Of a stretch of 16,985 bases of DNA, positions 1-8,607 are shown piece by piece (positions within the stretch are counted from its first letter, which is position 1; each line of letters starts with the position of its first letter). Position numbers and translations under genes: made by a program. Source of the stretch: a bacterium (GTDB taxonomy: Bacteria; BMS3Abin14); NCBI GenBank assembly GCA_020349685.1, contig CP070698.1:1953734-1970718 (forward strand). Direction: 5' to 3'. The notes beneath the pieces were generated by a model. The model was not told the origin of the DNA. It was given only the letters and a program-made list of their open reading frames with translations, and did not search any database.

Positions 1-924
1 AAATCCAGCAACATCGGGGCGAGCAAGGTCGGCCTCGAATTGGGATCCGAACGACTCGGCAATTACGTGAAAAGCTTCGGTTTCGGAGAGAAGACGGGAG
101 TCCTGCTCCCGGGCGAGTCCAAGGGGATCTTGAGAAGCGACAAACAGTGGACGCAGGTGGATCTGGCGAACATATCTTTCGGCCAGGGACTGGGTGTAAC
201 ACCCCTTCAGATGGTGAGCGCCGTCAACGTTTTCGCCAACGGTGGGGAACTCCTGCGTCCCTATATCGTCTCGCGGATCGCCTCGTCTGCAGGTGATCTG
301 ATCCTCCAGAACAGGCCCGGCGTTGTCAGAAGGGTGATCAGTGAAGAAACAGCCCGGAAAGTCACCCGCATGATGGAAACCGTCACAGAGCAGGGCGGTT
401 CAGGGACCATGGCGGCCATCGAGGGTTACAGGGTCGCCGGGAAAACCGGGACAGCCCAGAAGTTCGACCTTGAGGAGGGCACCTATTCCAGCGACTCGTT
501 CATCGCCTCCTTCGCAGGTTTCGCACCCTCCCGGAACCCGGCCATTACGGCCATCGTCATCGTCGACGAACCGAAAGATAAGATCTACGGGGGTGTGGTA
601 GCCGCCCCCATATGGGCGGACATCGTCAGCAAGACCCTCAAGTATCTTAATATACCCGCCGTTTCTCCTGAACCGGTCCCGCCTGGCAGCCCGGAAAGCG
701 GTGTCAGGTGGGCCCGGGGGGACATGCCTGCCAACCCGGGAGATCTCAAGGTGATGCCGGATCTGAAGGGGCTGACACTCCGGGAAGCTCTGACACGCCT
801 CGGTTCCATCGGCGCCAGGGTGCAGGTATCAGGCTCCGGTGTTGTGGTGAAACAGGATCCGGTGGCGGGCATGAACATCGGAAACGTTGTTTCCCTCAAA
901 CTCTTGCCGAGGACAACCGGTTGA
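1..924 (+). CDS. ftsI: Peptidoglycan transpeptidase FtsI/PBP3 (class B PBP), 5'-truncated, with C-terminal PASTA-like domain
   Basis: Frame is open from base 1 (KSSNIG, SxN motif). It contains GFGEKTG..LPGE, SFGQG..VTPLQ, the KTGTAQ (KTG) motif and YGGVVAAP. The C-terminal MPDLKGLTLREA...VVKQDP resembles a PASTA domain. It lies directly upstream of murE. Confidence 0.93.
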   Translation, partial: KSSNIGASKVGLELGSERLGNYVKSFGFGEKTGVLLPGESKGILRSDKQWTQVDLANISFGQGLGVTPLQMVSAVNVFANGGELLRPYIVSRIASSAGDLILQNRPGVVRRVISEETARKVTRMMETVTEQGGSGTMAAIEGYRVAGKTGTAQKFDLEEGTYSSDSFIASFAGFAPSRNPAITAIVIVDEPKDKIYGGVVAAPIWADIVSKTLKYLNIPAVSPEPVPPGSPESGVRWARGDMPANPGDLKVMPDLKGLTLREALTRLGSIGARVQVSGSGVVVKQDPVAGMNIGNVVSLKLLPRTTG

Positions 925-2387
925 GACTTCAAGAGGTGATGAGCGGTATCAAAAATATCGAGATCCTGGGAAACGGGGATCTGGACATCGCTTCCATAAA
1001 GTACGATTCGCGCCGCACGGCGAAAGGTGACCTGTTCGCGGCCGTAAAGGGAGAGAATTTCGACGGCATGGATTTTCTGGAGGATGCGGCCAGCCGCGGA
1101 GCTGAGGCGTTTCTCGTTCCCCGGGGGGCTGAAAAGAGGGTGGAAGGGACCTACATCTACGCCTACGATGTCAGGGAAGCCCTCGCTCTGGCATCGAGGA
1201 ACTTCTTCGGCGACCCTTCCGGCAGACTCAACGTGGTCGGCATTACCGGCTCCAACGGGAAAACAACAACCTCCTACCTCGTTCACGGGATCCTCGAGCA
1301 TGCAGGCATCGCCGCGGGGCTCATCGGAACGGTCCAGTACCTGGTGGGTGGACAGATCATCAGCGCGGCGAGGACAACTCCGGAGTCACCCGATCTCCTC
1401 GGTCTTATGGGAGCAATGATAAAGAGCGGATGCACCGCCTGCGTCATGGAGGTTTCCTCCCATGCGGTCACCTTGAGCAGGGTCAAGGGCGTGAAGATGG
1501 AGGTTGCGGTCTTCACGAACCTGACGCGGGATCACCTGGATTTTCACAACGACATGGAAGGCTACTACCGCGCGAAAGCCGGGCTATTCGTGGAGAGTGA
1601 TGTGAAGCACCGGGTCGTTAATTGCGATGACCCCTTCGGTCAGAGGCTCATACGGGAACTGGGGACCGAAACGATAACCTTCGGTATTCAGAGGGGGGAT
1701 ATCTCGACGGAAGGCCCCGTGACTATCCAGGAATGGGGAAGCAGCTGCCGACTGGCCACGCCTTGGGGGCCGTTGGAGGTGGCCACCACCCTGCCCGGGC
1801 GGTTCAACCTGTACAACATCATGGCCGCTGTAGCTTCCTGCGGCCTGTTGGGCGTCGATGCCGGCACCATGGCTGAGGGGCTCTCACTCATTGGCAGGGT
1901 TCCAGGCAGGTTCGAAAAGGTAGACAGGGGACAGCCTTTTACGGCGGTGGTCGATTACGCTCACACGCCTGACGCCCTGATGAACGTTCTCGAAAACGCC
2001 AGAGCCATCACAAGGGGCCGTGTCATAACCGTCTTCGGGTGCGGCGGCGACAGGGACAAAACCAAACGTCCGCTCATGGGCAGTGTGGCGGGCCAGATGT
2101 CGGATGTTGTTATCGTCACCTCCGACAATCCGAGAAGCGAGGATCCCGAGATCATTTTGGACCAGATCATGGAGGGCCTCGGTGACCCGGCGGGTGTGGT
2201 CGAAAGGATCACCGACAGAAGGACAGCCATCGACCATGCTGTCAGGGAGGCCCGACCCGGAGACATGGTCGTCGTGGCCGGCAAGGGCCATGAGAACTAC
2301 CAGATCGTCGGAAAGCGCATACTGCCTTTTTCCGACGTTGATGAACTGGCCAGAGCCTTGGAGAAACTGGCAGGTGAGGAGCTTTGA
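921..2387 (+). CDS. murE: UDP-MurNAc-L-Ala-D-Glu:meso-diaminopimelate ligase
   Basis: Motifs YDSR, GITGSNGKTTT (P-loop), TTPE, MEVSSH, TNLTRDHLDFH, VDYAHTPD, FGCGGDRD, DNPR (meso-DAP specificity) and AGKGHE. Start placed at TTG 921, which overlaps the ftsI stop (TTGA) and follows GAGGA at 909-913. The ORF-track start at 708 is an upstream extension inside ftsI. Confidence 0.96.
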   Translation: MRLQEVMSGIKNIEILGNGDLDIASIKYDSRRTAKGDLFAAVKGENFDGMDFLEDAASRGAEAFLVPRGAEKRVEGTYIYAYDVREALALASRNFFGDPSGRLNVVGITGSNGKTTTSYLVHGILEHAGIAAGLIGTVQYLVGGQIISAARTTPESPDLLGLMGAMIKSGCTACVMEVSSHAVTLSRVKGVKMEVAVFTNLTRDHLDFHNDMEGYYRAKAGLFVESDVKHRVVNCDDPFGQRLIRELGTETITFGIQRGDISTEGPVTIQEWGSSCRLATPWGPLEVATTLPGRFNLYNIMAAVASCGLLGVDAGTMAEGLSLIGRVPGRFEKVDRGQPFTAVVDYAHTPDALMNVLENARAITRGRVITVFGCGGDRDKTKRPLMGSVAGQMSDVVIVTSDNPRSEDPEIILDQIMEGLGDPAGVVERITDRRTAIDHAVREARPGDMVVVAGKGHENYQIVGKRILPFSDVDELARALEKLAGEEL

Positions 2388-3799
2388 TACGGTTTAGCAT
2401 GAAAGACATCGTTGCCGGAACGGGCGGTACACTGATAACCAGCGCGGTGGGACCGGAGCTGTTCACAGGTGTGTCCACCGACAGCCGCACCGTCAGGCCG
2501 GGAGAGATCTTCATCGCGCTGCGCGGTGAGTTCCACGACGGACACGATCATCTGCCGGAGGCAGCCAGGCGGGGAGCGGCTCTCGCCGTTGTGGACAGTC
2601 AGGCCAGGCCGGAAGACCGAGAACTGGCGCCGATCCCCACCATCGTCGTCCCGGACACCCTCAAGGCCCTTCAGTCCCTCGCATCCCATTGGCGGGGCCG
2701 TCATTCGCTTCCGGTGCTGGCGGTGGTGGGAAGCGTGGGCAAGACAACCACCAAGGAGATGGCGGCGAGCATCCTGTCCACGACAGGCCCATGCCTGAAG
2801 AACCCCGGGAACCTGAACAACCACATCGGGCTGCCCCTCTCCCTGATGAATCTCCAGGATTTCCATCGTTACGCGGTCCTGGAGATCGGAGCCAACATTC
2901 CTGGGGAGGTGCGGCACCTCGCATCCCTCCTCAAACCGGACGCCGCGGTCCTCACGCGCATCGGCTGGGCGCACCTCGAAGGTTTCAGGACGCTGGAAAA
3001 CCTGGTGGTTGAAAAGGGATCGGTCCTGGAGGAGATCCCGCCGTCCGGATGGTGCGCCATCAATGCCGATGATCCGAACCAGGCCGGTTTCAAGGAAAAG
3101 GTGTCTTGCGATGTGATCACCTACGGTATCGGGAAGGGGGATGTCTCCGCGGAGGAGATCGTCCTGTCGGAAGGGGAAACGTCCTTTGTCCTCACCCTGC
3201 CGACCGGGAAGGACAAGGTCAATCTCAAGGGGTTCGGAAGGCATTTTGTGGAAAACGCGCTGGCCGCGGTGGCTTTGACCCTGCCCCTCGATGTTTCGGC
3301 GGAACAGATGATGGCAGGCCTCAGCACATGGAGGCCGGCGGACGGGCGCGGAGAGATATACTCTCCCTTCCCCGGCGTTCATTTCATCGACGACACCTAT
3401 AATGCCAATCCACTCTCAGTTCAGGCGGCTTTGACCAGCCTGGCCCAACTCAGCCAGGAGGGGGTTACGATCGCCGTATTAGGAGAGATGAAGGAACTGG
3501 GAGATTATTTTGCCGAAGGTCACCTCCAGGTGGGCCTTGACGCGGCCAGGCTGGGCATAGATTACCTGATCGCGGTAGGTTCCCCCGGCCGCCACATAGC
3601 CAAGGGAGCCCGCGAGGGAGGTATGGACCTGTCCAGGATCATTCAGTGCGAGGACAACGAGGAGGCCGCCGCATCCCTCGAACCTCTTCTCATCGAGGGC
3701 GTGTGGGTCCTGTTCAAGGGTTCGCGGGCTGTAAAGATGGAGGAGATAATGAATTCCTTTGGTGACAAGAGGGCCAGGGCAGGCTCGGGAGGGATGTAG
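2384..3799 (+). CDS. murF: UDP-MurNAc-tripeptide:D-Ala-D-Ala ligase
   Basis: Motifs STDSR, FIALRGE..DGH, GSVGKTTTKE, NLNNHIGLP, AHLEGF, DDTYNANP, LGEMKELG and KGSR. The TTG start overlaps the murE stop and follows GAGGAG. Confidence 0.96.
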   Translation: MIRFSMKDIVAGTGGTLITSAVGPELFTGVSTDSRTVRPGEIFIALRGEFHDGHDHLPEAARRGAALAVVDSQARPEDRELAPIPTIVVPDTLKALQSLASHWRGRHSLPVLAVVGSVGKTTTKEMAASILSTTGPCLKNPGNLNNHIGLPLSLMNLQDFHRYAVLEIGANIPGEVRHLASLLKPDAAVLTRIGWAHLEGFRTLENLVVEKGSVLEEIPPSGWCAINADDPNQAGFKEKVSCDVITYGIGKGDVSAEEIVLSEGETSFVLTLPTGKDKVNLKGFGRHFVENALAAVALTLPLDVSAEQMMAGLSTWRPADGRGEIYSPFPGVHFIDDTYNANPLSVQAALTSLAQLSQEGVTIAVLGEMKELGDYFAEGHLQVGLDAARLGIDYLIAVGSPGRHIAKGAREGGMDLSRIIQCEDNEEAAASLEPLLIEGVWVLFKGSRAVKMEEIMNSFGDKRARAGSGGM

Positions 3800-4882
3800 G
3801 TGCTCTACAAGCTCTTCATGCACCTCAGAACGGTCGATCCCGGCTTTGATGTTTTCCGCTATATCACTTTCCGGACCGTCCTCTCCGTACTCACCGCCCT
3901 GGGGATCAGTTTCATACTCGGTCCCTGGGTGATCGGCCGTCTGAAGACGGCCCAGCCCGGCAACTATGTCCGGGAATATCTCCCAGAGGGGCACGTACTC
4001 AAGGCCGACGTACCGACGATGGGTGGGCTGCTCATCCTCCTCGCCATATTTTTTTCCACTCTTCTCTGGGCGGACCTGTCCAACAGGATGGTGTGGGTCG
4101 TGCTTATCACCTTTGCCGGGTTCGGCGGCCTGGGGCTGGTGGATGACATGATGAAACTCTACGGGAAGAAGAGGAAGGGCCTTTCCATTCGCAGCAAGTT
4201 CAGTCTCCAGCTGCTTATGGCCCTGATAGTGGCTCTTTACCTTTACTTCTACCCTTCCAGCAAATGGGGCCATCATCTGCAGCTGCCCTTCTTCAAGGAG
4301 GCCCTGGTCAACCTCGGCTGGTTCTATATACCCTTCGTGGTCCTCGTTATCATAGGCACCTCCAACGGTGTGAACCTGACGGACGGACTCGACGGGCTGG
4401 CCATTGGACCCATCATGTTCGCCTCCTCGGCCTTTGCCCTGCTTATCTATCTCTCGGGCCACGCCAGGTTCGCGGAATACCTCCAGATCGTTTTCGTGCC
4501 CGAGGCAGGGGAACTGGCCACATTTGCGGGAGCCATGGTGGGCGCGAGTCTGGGTTTCCTGTGGTTCAACACCTATCCGGCTCAGGTTTTTATGGGAGAT
4601 ATCGGTTCCCTCTCTTTAGGTGCCGCTCTCGGGCTGCTTGCTGTCGTGTCGAAACACGAGGCCCTTCTTGTTCTGGCGGGAGGGCTGTTCGTCCTGGAAA
4701 CATTGAGCGTCATCATCCAGATCATCAGCTTCCGGCTCTTTGGCAAGCGGGTGTTTCTCATGGCTCCCCTGCATCACCATTTCGAGAAGAAAGGCTGGCC
4801 GGAACCGCAGATCATCGTCCGGTTCTGGATCATCTCCATCATCCTGGTGCTCGTGTCGCTCAGCACCCTGAAGGTAAGGTGA
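3800..4882 (+). CDS. mraY: Phospho-N-acetylmuramoyl-pentapeptide transferase
   Basis: Multi-TM protein with PTMGG, DD, NGVNLTDGLDGL, FMGDIGSL and MAPLHHHFEKKGW. GTG start abuts the murF stop and follows GGAGG. Confidence 0.97.
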   Translation: MLYKLFMHLRTVDPGFDVFRYITFRTVLSVLTALGISFILGPWVIGRLKTAQPGNYVREYLPEGHVLKADVPTMGGLLILLAIFFSTLLWADLSNRMVWVVLITFAGFGGLGLVDDMMKLYGKKRKGLSIRSKFSLQLLMALIVALYLYFYPSSKWGHHLQLPFFKEALVNLGWFYIPFVVLVIIGTSNGVNLTDGLDGLAIGPIMFASSAFALLIYLSGHARFAEYLQIVFVPEAGELATFAGAMVGASLGFLWFNTYPAQVFMGDIGSLSLGAALGLLAVVSKHEALLVLAGGLFVLETLSVIIQIISFRLFGKRVFLMAPLHHHFEKKGWPEPQIIVRFWIISIILVLVSLSTLKVR

Positions 4883-4885
4883 ACA

Positions 4886-6286
4886 TTGGCCATAAGGTTC
4901 CGTGACATAAAAGATCCCCTGATGCGTCTGCTCAGCGAGGGCAGCCAGGTTCTTGTCGTGGGTCTCGGAAGTTCGGGGATCTCGGCGGCCAACCTTCTCG
5001 CGGAGATGGGGTGCGCTGTCGAGGTGAGCGAAAAAGCCAGGCGTGAGGATTCGATGGTGGACATGTCGCTCCTGGACCCCTCCATCAGGGTGCATTGGGG
5101 GGGACACCCACCGGAACTGTTCGAAAAGTTCCCCCTCATCGTGATCAGCCCCGGTGTGCCGTACGATCTTCAGGCCCTTACGGTGGCGGCAAAAAGGGGC
5201 GCCTGGGTCCTGGGGGAGATGGAACTTGCTTTCAGACTCACCACCGCGCCCTGGGTCGCCGTCACCGGGAGCAACGGAAAGTCGACCACCGTTACCCTGG
5301 TGGACCTCATGGCAAAGATGGAAGGGCTGAACGCTCCCGCGGGCGGCAACCTGGGTACGCCGGTCACCCGTTTTGTGGACAGGGACGACAACCTCGACTT
5401 TATCGTTGCGGAAGTCTCGAGCTTTCAGCTGGAGACCGTGGAGACTTTCCGTCCGGCCATTGCCGCGATGCTCAACATCTCGCCGGACCATCTCGACCGT
5501 CATGCGGATCTGGACGAATACGTGTCTGCGAAACTCCGCATCTTTTCCCGCATGGATTCTGATGACTGGGCTGTCCTTAACGATGACGATGAGTGGGTGA
5601 GCAGAGTGACAGCGGACCTTTCCATAAAAAGCTTTCCCTTCAGCAGGAAACACGGCCTTCCGGAGGGCGCTTTTGTGAAGGAAGGATGGATCATCCTGCG
5701 CGAGGGGGGGGAAGAGTTCCCCGTGGCGGCGGTCAACTCCCTTACCCTCAGGGGGACGCACAACCTGGAAAACGCACTGGCGGCCACTGCTGTCGCCTGC
5801 AGGATGGGCATCGGGCGCGGTGCCATGGCCAGGGCCCTTCAGAGTTTTTCCGGACTCGAACACCGGATGGAACTGCTTGGCTATTTCAGAGGTGTTCCGG
5901 TCTACAACGATTCAAAGGGAACCAACGTGGGGGCGACCCTCAGGTCCCTTGAGGGGTTGGGAAGCGATGTGATCCTCATCCTCGGCGGAAAGGACAAGGG
6001 AACCTCCTACGATCCACTGAAGGAGGTCATCCAGAAGAAGGTCAGCCACCTCATCCTCCTCGGTGAGGCGGCAAAGAGGATGGAGGAGGCGTTCAACGGA
6101 GCTACCCGGACGGTGATCGTAAAGGATGTCGACGAGGCTGTGAGGCTGGCAGTCCAGCGTGCACGACCGGGAAGCGAGATCCTTTTTTCACCGGCATGCT
6201 CGAGCTTTGACATGTTCAGCGGGTACGAGGAGAGGGGGCGCGTTTTCAAAAAAGCGGCCCGCAAATACATGGGACTTGTCCGATGA
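4886..6286 (+). CDS. murD: UDP-MurNAc-L-Ala:D-glutamate ligase
   Basis: Motifs GLGSSG, SPGVP, TGSNGKST, GGNLG, EVSSFQLE, DHLDRH, LEHRME, NDSKGTN, GGKDKG and SPACSSFDMF. The start could be TTG 4886 or ATG 4922. Confidence 0.96.
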   Translation: MAIRFRDIKDPLMRLLSEGSQVLVVGLGSSGISAANLLAEMGCAVEVSEKARREDSMVDMSLLDPSIRVHWGGHPPELFEKFPLIVISPGVPYDLQALTVAAKRGAWVLGEMELAFRLTTAPWVAVTGSNGKSTTVTLVDLMAKMEGLNAPAGGNLGTPVTRFVDRDDNLDFIVAEVSSFQLETVETFRPAIAAMLNISPDHLDRHADLDEYVSAKLRIFSRMDSDDWAVLNDDDEWVSRVTADLSIKSFPFSRKHGLPEGAFVKEGWIILREGGEEFPVAAVNSLTLRGTHNLENALAATAVACRMGIGRGAMARALQSFSGLEHRMELLGYFRGVPVYNDSKGTNVGATLRSLEGLGSDVILILGGKDKGTSYDPLKEVIQKKVSHLILLGEAAKRMEEAFNGATRTVIVKDVDEAVRLAVQRARPGSEILFSPACSSFDMFSGYEERGRVFKKAARKYMGLVR

Positions 6287-7380
6287 GGCATTTGAGGCTG
6301 GATCCGACCCTTGTCATCGCTGTTCTCGCTCTGGCGATCCTCGGTACGGTAATGGTCTTTTCCGCCAGTGCGGTGCGCGCCGACACGGAACACGGAGGGG
6401 ACGGTTATTACTATTTCAAGCGACAGATCTTTTTTCTCATGGTGGGGATCATGGCCCTGCTTGCGGCTGCTGCCGTCCCCTACGGGGTCTGGGAAAAGAG
6501 CGTGATCGCACTGCTCACCATAACGGTCCTTCTCTTGATCCTCGTGCTCACGCCCCTCGGGCATACGGCCAACAACGCTTCGAGGTGGTTCCGCCTCGGG
6601 GGCGTGTCGCTGCAGATCGGAGAGTTCGCGAAGCTGGTTGTGGTCATGTACATGGCCCGATACCTTTCCACGCGAGGCGACCGGCTCAGAACCGAACCCA
6701 GACTGCTCATCCCCCCCATGGCGGTATTGGCTGTGGTTTTTCTCCTGGTGGCCAGGGAGCCCGACCTTGGAACGGCCATCTTCATCGGAATGCTCGGTTG
6801 CCTGATGCTGTTCATGTCGGGTGTGCCGGGAAGGGTGCTGGCAGGTATCGCCATCGCTTCCACACCTGTTGTCGCCTATCTGATCATGGCGAAGGATTTC
6901 AGGGTGCAGCGGATCAAGGCGTTCCTCGATCCGTGGCAGGAATACAATGGATCCGGCTTCCAGCTGATTCAGTCCTACGTCGCTTTCGGGGACGGTGGTC
7001 TGTTCGGTACCGGTCTGGGTGCGGGCAAGAGCAAACTGTTCTTCCTGCCCGAGTCGCACACCGATTTCATTCTGGCGGTCATCGGGGAAGAGCTGGGATT
7101 CATCGGGGTGGCCATCGTTATGGCTCTTTTTGCCGTGCTGATCGTCAAGGGCATGAAGGTCTCCTCCGCGGCTCCGGACAGTTTCGGGGCTCTCCTGGGT
7201 GCTGGCCTGACCCTCATGATCGGTCTCCAGGCTCTCATCAACTGTATGGTCGTCCTGGGCCTGCTGCCCACCAAGGGGCTGCCCCTTCCTTTCATCAGCT
7301 ACGGAGGTTCTTCGCTTCTGACCTCGATGATAGCAGCGGGGATCCTCCTCAACCTGGCTGGCAGGAGCAGGGAGATATGA
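6283..7380 (+). CDS. ftsW: SEDS-family peptidoglycan polymerase FtsW
   Basis: Multi-TM protein with RW, EFAK, PDLGT, FLDPW, GFQL.QS, LPESHTDFI, GEELG and PTKGLPLPFISYGGSS. Lies between murD and murG with ATGA overlaps at both ends. Confidence 0.96.
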   Translation: MRHLRLDPTLVIAVLALAILGTVMVFSASAVRADTEHGGDGYYYFKRQIFFLMVGIMALLAAAAVPYGVWEKSVIALLTITVLLLILVLTPLGHTANNASRWFRLGGVSLQIGEFAKLVVVMYMARYLSTRGDRLRTEPRLLIPPMAVLAVVFLLVAREPDLGTAIFIGMLGCLMLFMSGVPGRVLAGIAIASTPVVAYLIMAKDFRVQRIKAFLDPWQEYNGSGFQLIQSYVAFGDGGLFGTGLGAGKSKLFFLPESHTDFILAVIGEELGFIGVAIVMALFAVLIVKGMKVSSAAPDSFGALLGAGLTLMIGLQALINCMVVLGLLPTKGLPLPFISYGGSSLLTSMIAAGILLNLAGRSREI

Positions 7381-8483
7381 AACTGGTGATCGCGGGAGGC
7401 GGGACCGGCGGGCATCTCTTTCCGGGCATTGCCCTGGCCGGTGAGTTCACCCGGTCAAGGAGCAACGTGGAGGTGGTCTTCATGGGCGCTGAAAGAGGCC
7501 TGGAGACGAAGGTGGTTCCCGCACTTGGCTATACGCTGGTCACCCTGCCTGTCCGTGGCGTGGTGGGCTACGGATTTATTGCGGGGATCGCCCGCGCCGT
7601 GGCTCTGGTTGCTGCGGCAGCGAGAGCGTTCTGGATCCTCGGGCGCCTGCGGCCTGACCTTGTGATCGGTGTGGGTGGATACGCCTCGGTGCCTGCAGTT
7701 CTGGCGGCAGCAATGAGAGGCCTGCCAAGGTCCATCCTCGAGCAGAACGTTTCGCCTGGCAGGGCCAACCAGGTTCTGGCACGTTTCGCCCAGAGGATCT
7801 ACCAGGGTTTTGCGAGCCCGAACGAAAAGTTCCCTCTCGAAAAGACGATGATAACGGGCAACCCCATAAGACCCGAGGTCCTCCCGGAACCCGGACTGAC
7901 GAGGCCGCCCGGCCGCAAGACCCTCCTCGTCCTCGGAGGGAGCCAGGGGGCGCAACAGATTAACAACCTGGTGCTGGATGTGGTGCCCAGGCTCAAACAG
8001 GATTTCCCGGATCTTGCCGTGATCCACCAGACCGGCAATGCCCATGAGGAATCGGTGAGGGAGGCCTACCGAAGGATGGGAGTCGCGGACGTGGAGGTTG
8101 TCCCCTTTATCACCGGTATGGCGGACGCTTACGCAAGGGCCGATCTGTGCCTGTCGAGAGCCGGCGCCATGGCTGTGTCGGAGCTGACCGCCTCGGGCCT
8201 TCCCGCTGTCCTCATACCCTACCCGCACGCTGCCGGAGGGCATCAGGGTTTGAATGCGCGCTGGATGGAGGAGAGGGGTGCCGCCGTTGTGATCCAGCCC
8301 GGGGACGCGACGGCAGACCTCCTTTTCAAGCAGCTCGAAAGGCTCTTCGGGGCACCGGGGCTCCTGGCGGACATGGCCACGGCCAGCTTCAGGGCTGGCA
8401 TCAGGAACGCGGCAGAGAGGATCGTGGAGGAGGAACTGAAACGATTGGGCACACAGGGACACGGTGACGCGGAGACACGGTGA
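7377..8483 (+). CDS. murG: Lipid I N-acetylglucosaminyltransferase MurG
   Basis: Motifs MKLVIAGGGTGGHLFP, GGY, EQN, TGNPIR, GGSQGA, SRAGA and PYP..HQ..NA. ATG 7377 overlaps the ftsW stop. The 6159 start in the ORF track is a spurious extension. Confidence 0.96.
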   Translation: MKLVIAGGGTGGHLFPGIALAGEFTRSRSNVEVVFMGAERGLETKVVPALGYTLVTLPVRGVVGYGFIAGIARAVALVAAAARAFWILGRLRPDLVIGVGGYASVPAVLAAAMRGLPRSILEQNVSPGRANQVLARFAQRIYQGFASPNEKFPLEKTMITGNPIRPEVLPEPGLTRPPGRKTLLVLGGSQGAQQINNLVLDVVPRLKQDFPDLAVIHQTGNAHEESVREAYRRMGVADVEVVPFITGMADAYARADLCLSRAGAMAVSELTASGLPAVLIPYPHAAGGHQGLNARWMEERGAAVVIQPGDATADLLFKQLERLFGAPGLLADMATASFRAGIRNAAERIVEEELKRLGTQGHGDAETR

Positions 8484-8491
8484 CACGGGGA
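8450..8491. repeat. Tandem 8-mer array (GACACGGN x4 plus one degenerate copy) overlapping the murG 3' end
   Basis: CACACAGG GACACGGT GACGCGGA GACACGGT GACACGGG, read directly at 8450-8489. Confidence 0.85.
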
Positions 8492-8512
8492 AAGTTCAGT
8501 ATGGGTTTAACG

Positions 8513-8599
8513 AGGTATCCAAGTATCAAGGTAACCAGGTATCCAGGTAATTACTTAGTCACTTAGACACATAGACACATAGACACATAGACACGGGGA
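8513..8599. repeat. Inverted pair of tandem 8-mer arrays (AGGTATCC-like x5 / ACWTAGAC-like x5) centred on palindrome GTAATTAC
   Basis: Left array AGGTATCC AAGTATCA AGGTAACC AGGTATCC AGGTAATT (8513-8552). Right array ACTTAGTC ACTTAGAC ACATAGAC x3 (8553-8592). Manual pairing about 8550/8551 gives 23 of 38 Watson-Crick pairs. Confidence 0.8.
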
Positions 8600-8607
8600 G
8601 TAAAAGC

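Noticed and set aside
6159-7376. Apparent 774-aa MurG with a long N-terminal extension (similarly 708-920 for murE and 12541-12693 for ftsA)
   Set aside because: The extensions overlap the upstream genes in another frame. Family homology starts at 7377, 921 and 12694, each with an RBS.
8450-8600. Possible CRISPR array in the repeat-rich spacers
   Set aside because: Units are 7-8 nt and contiguous, with no unique spacers and no cas genes.
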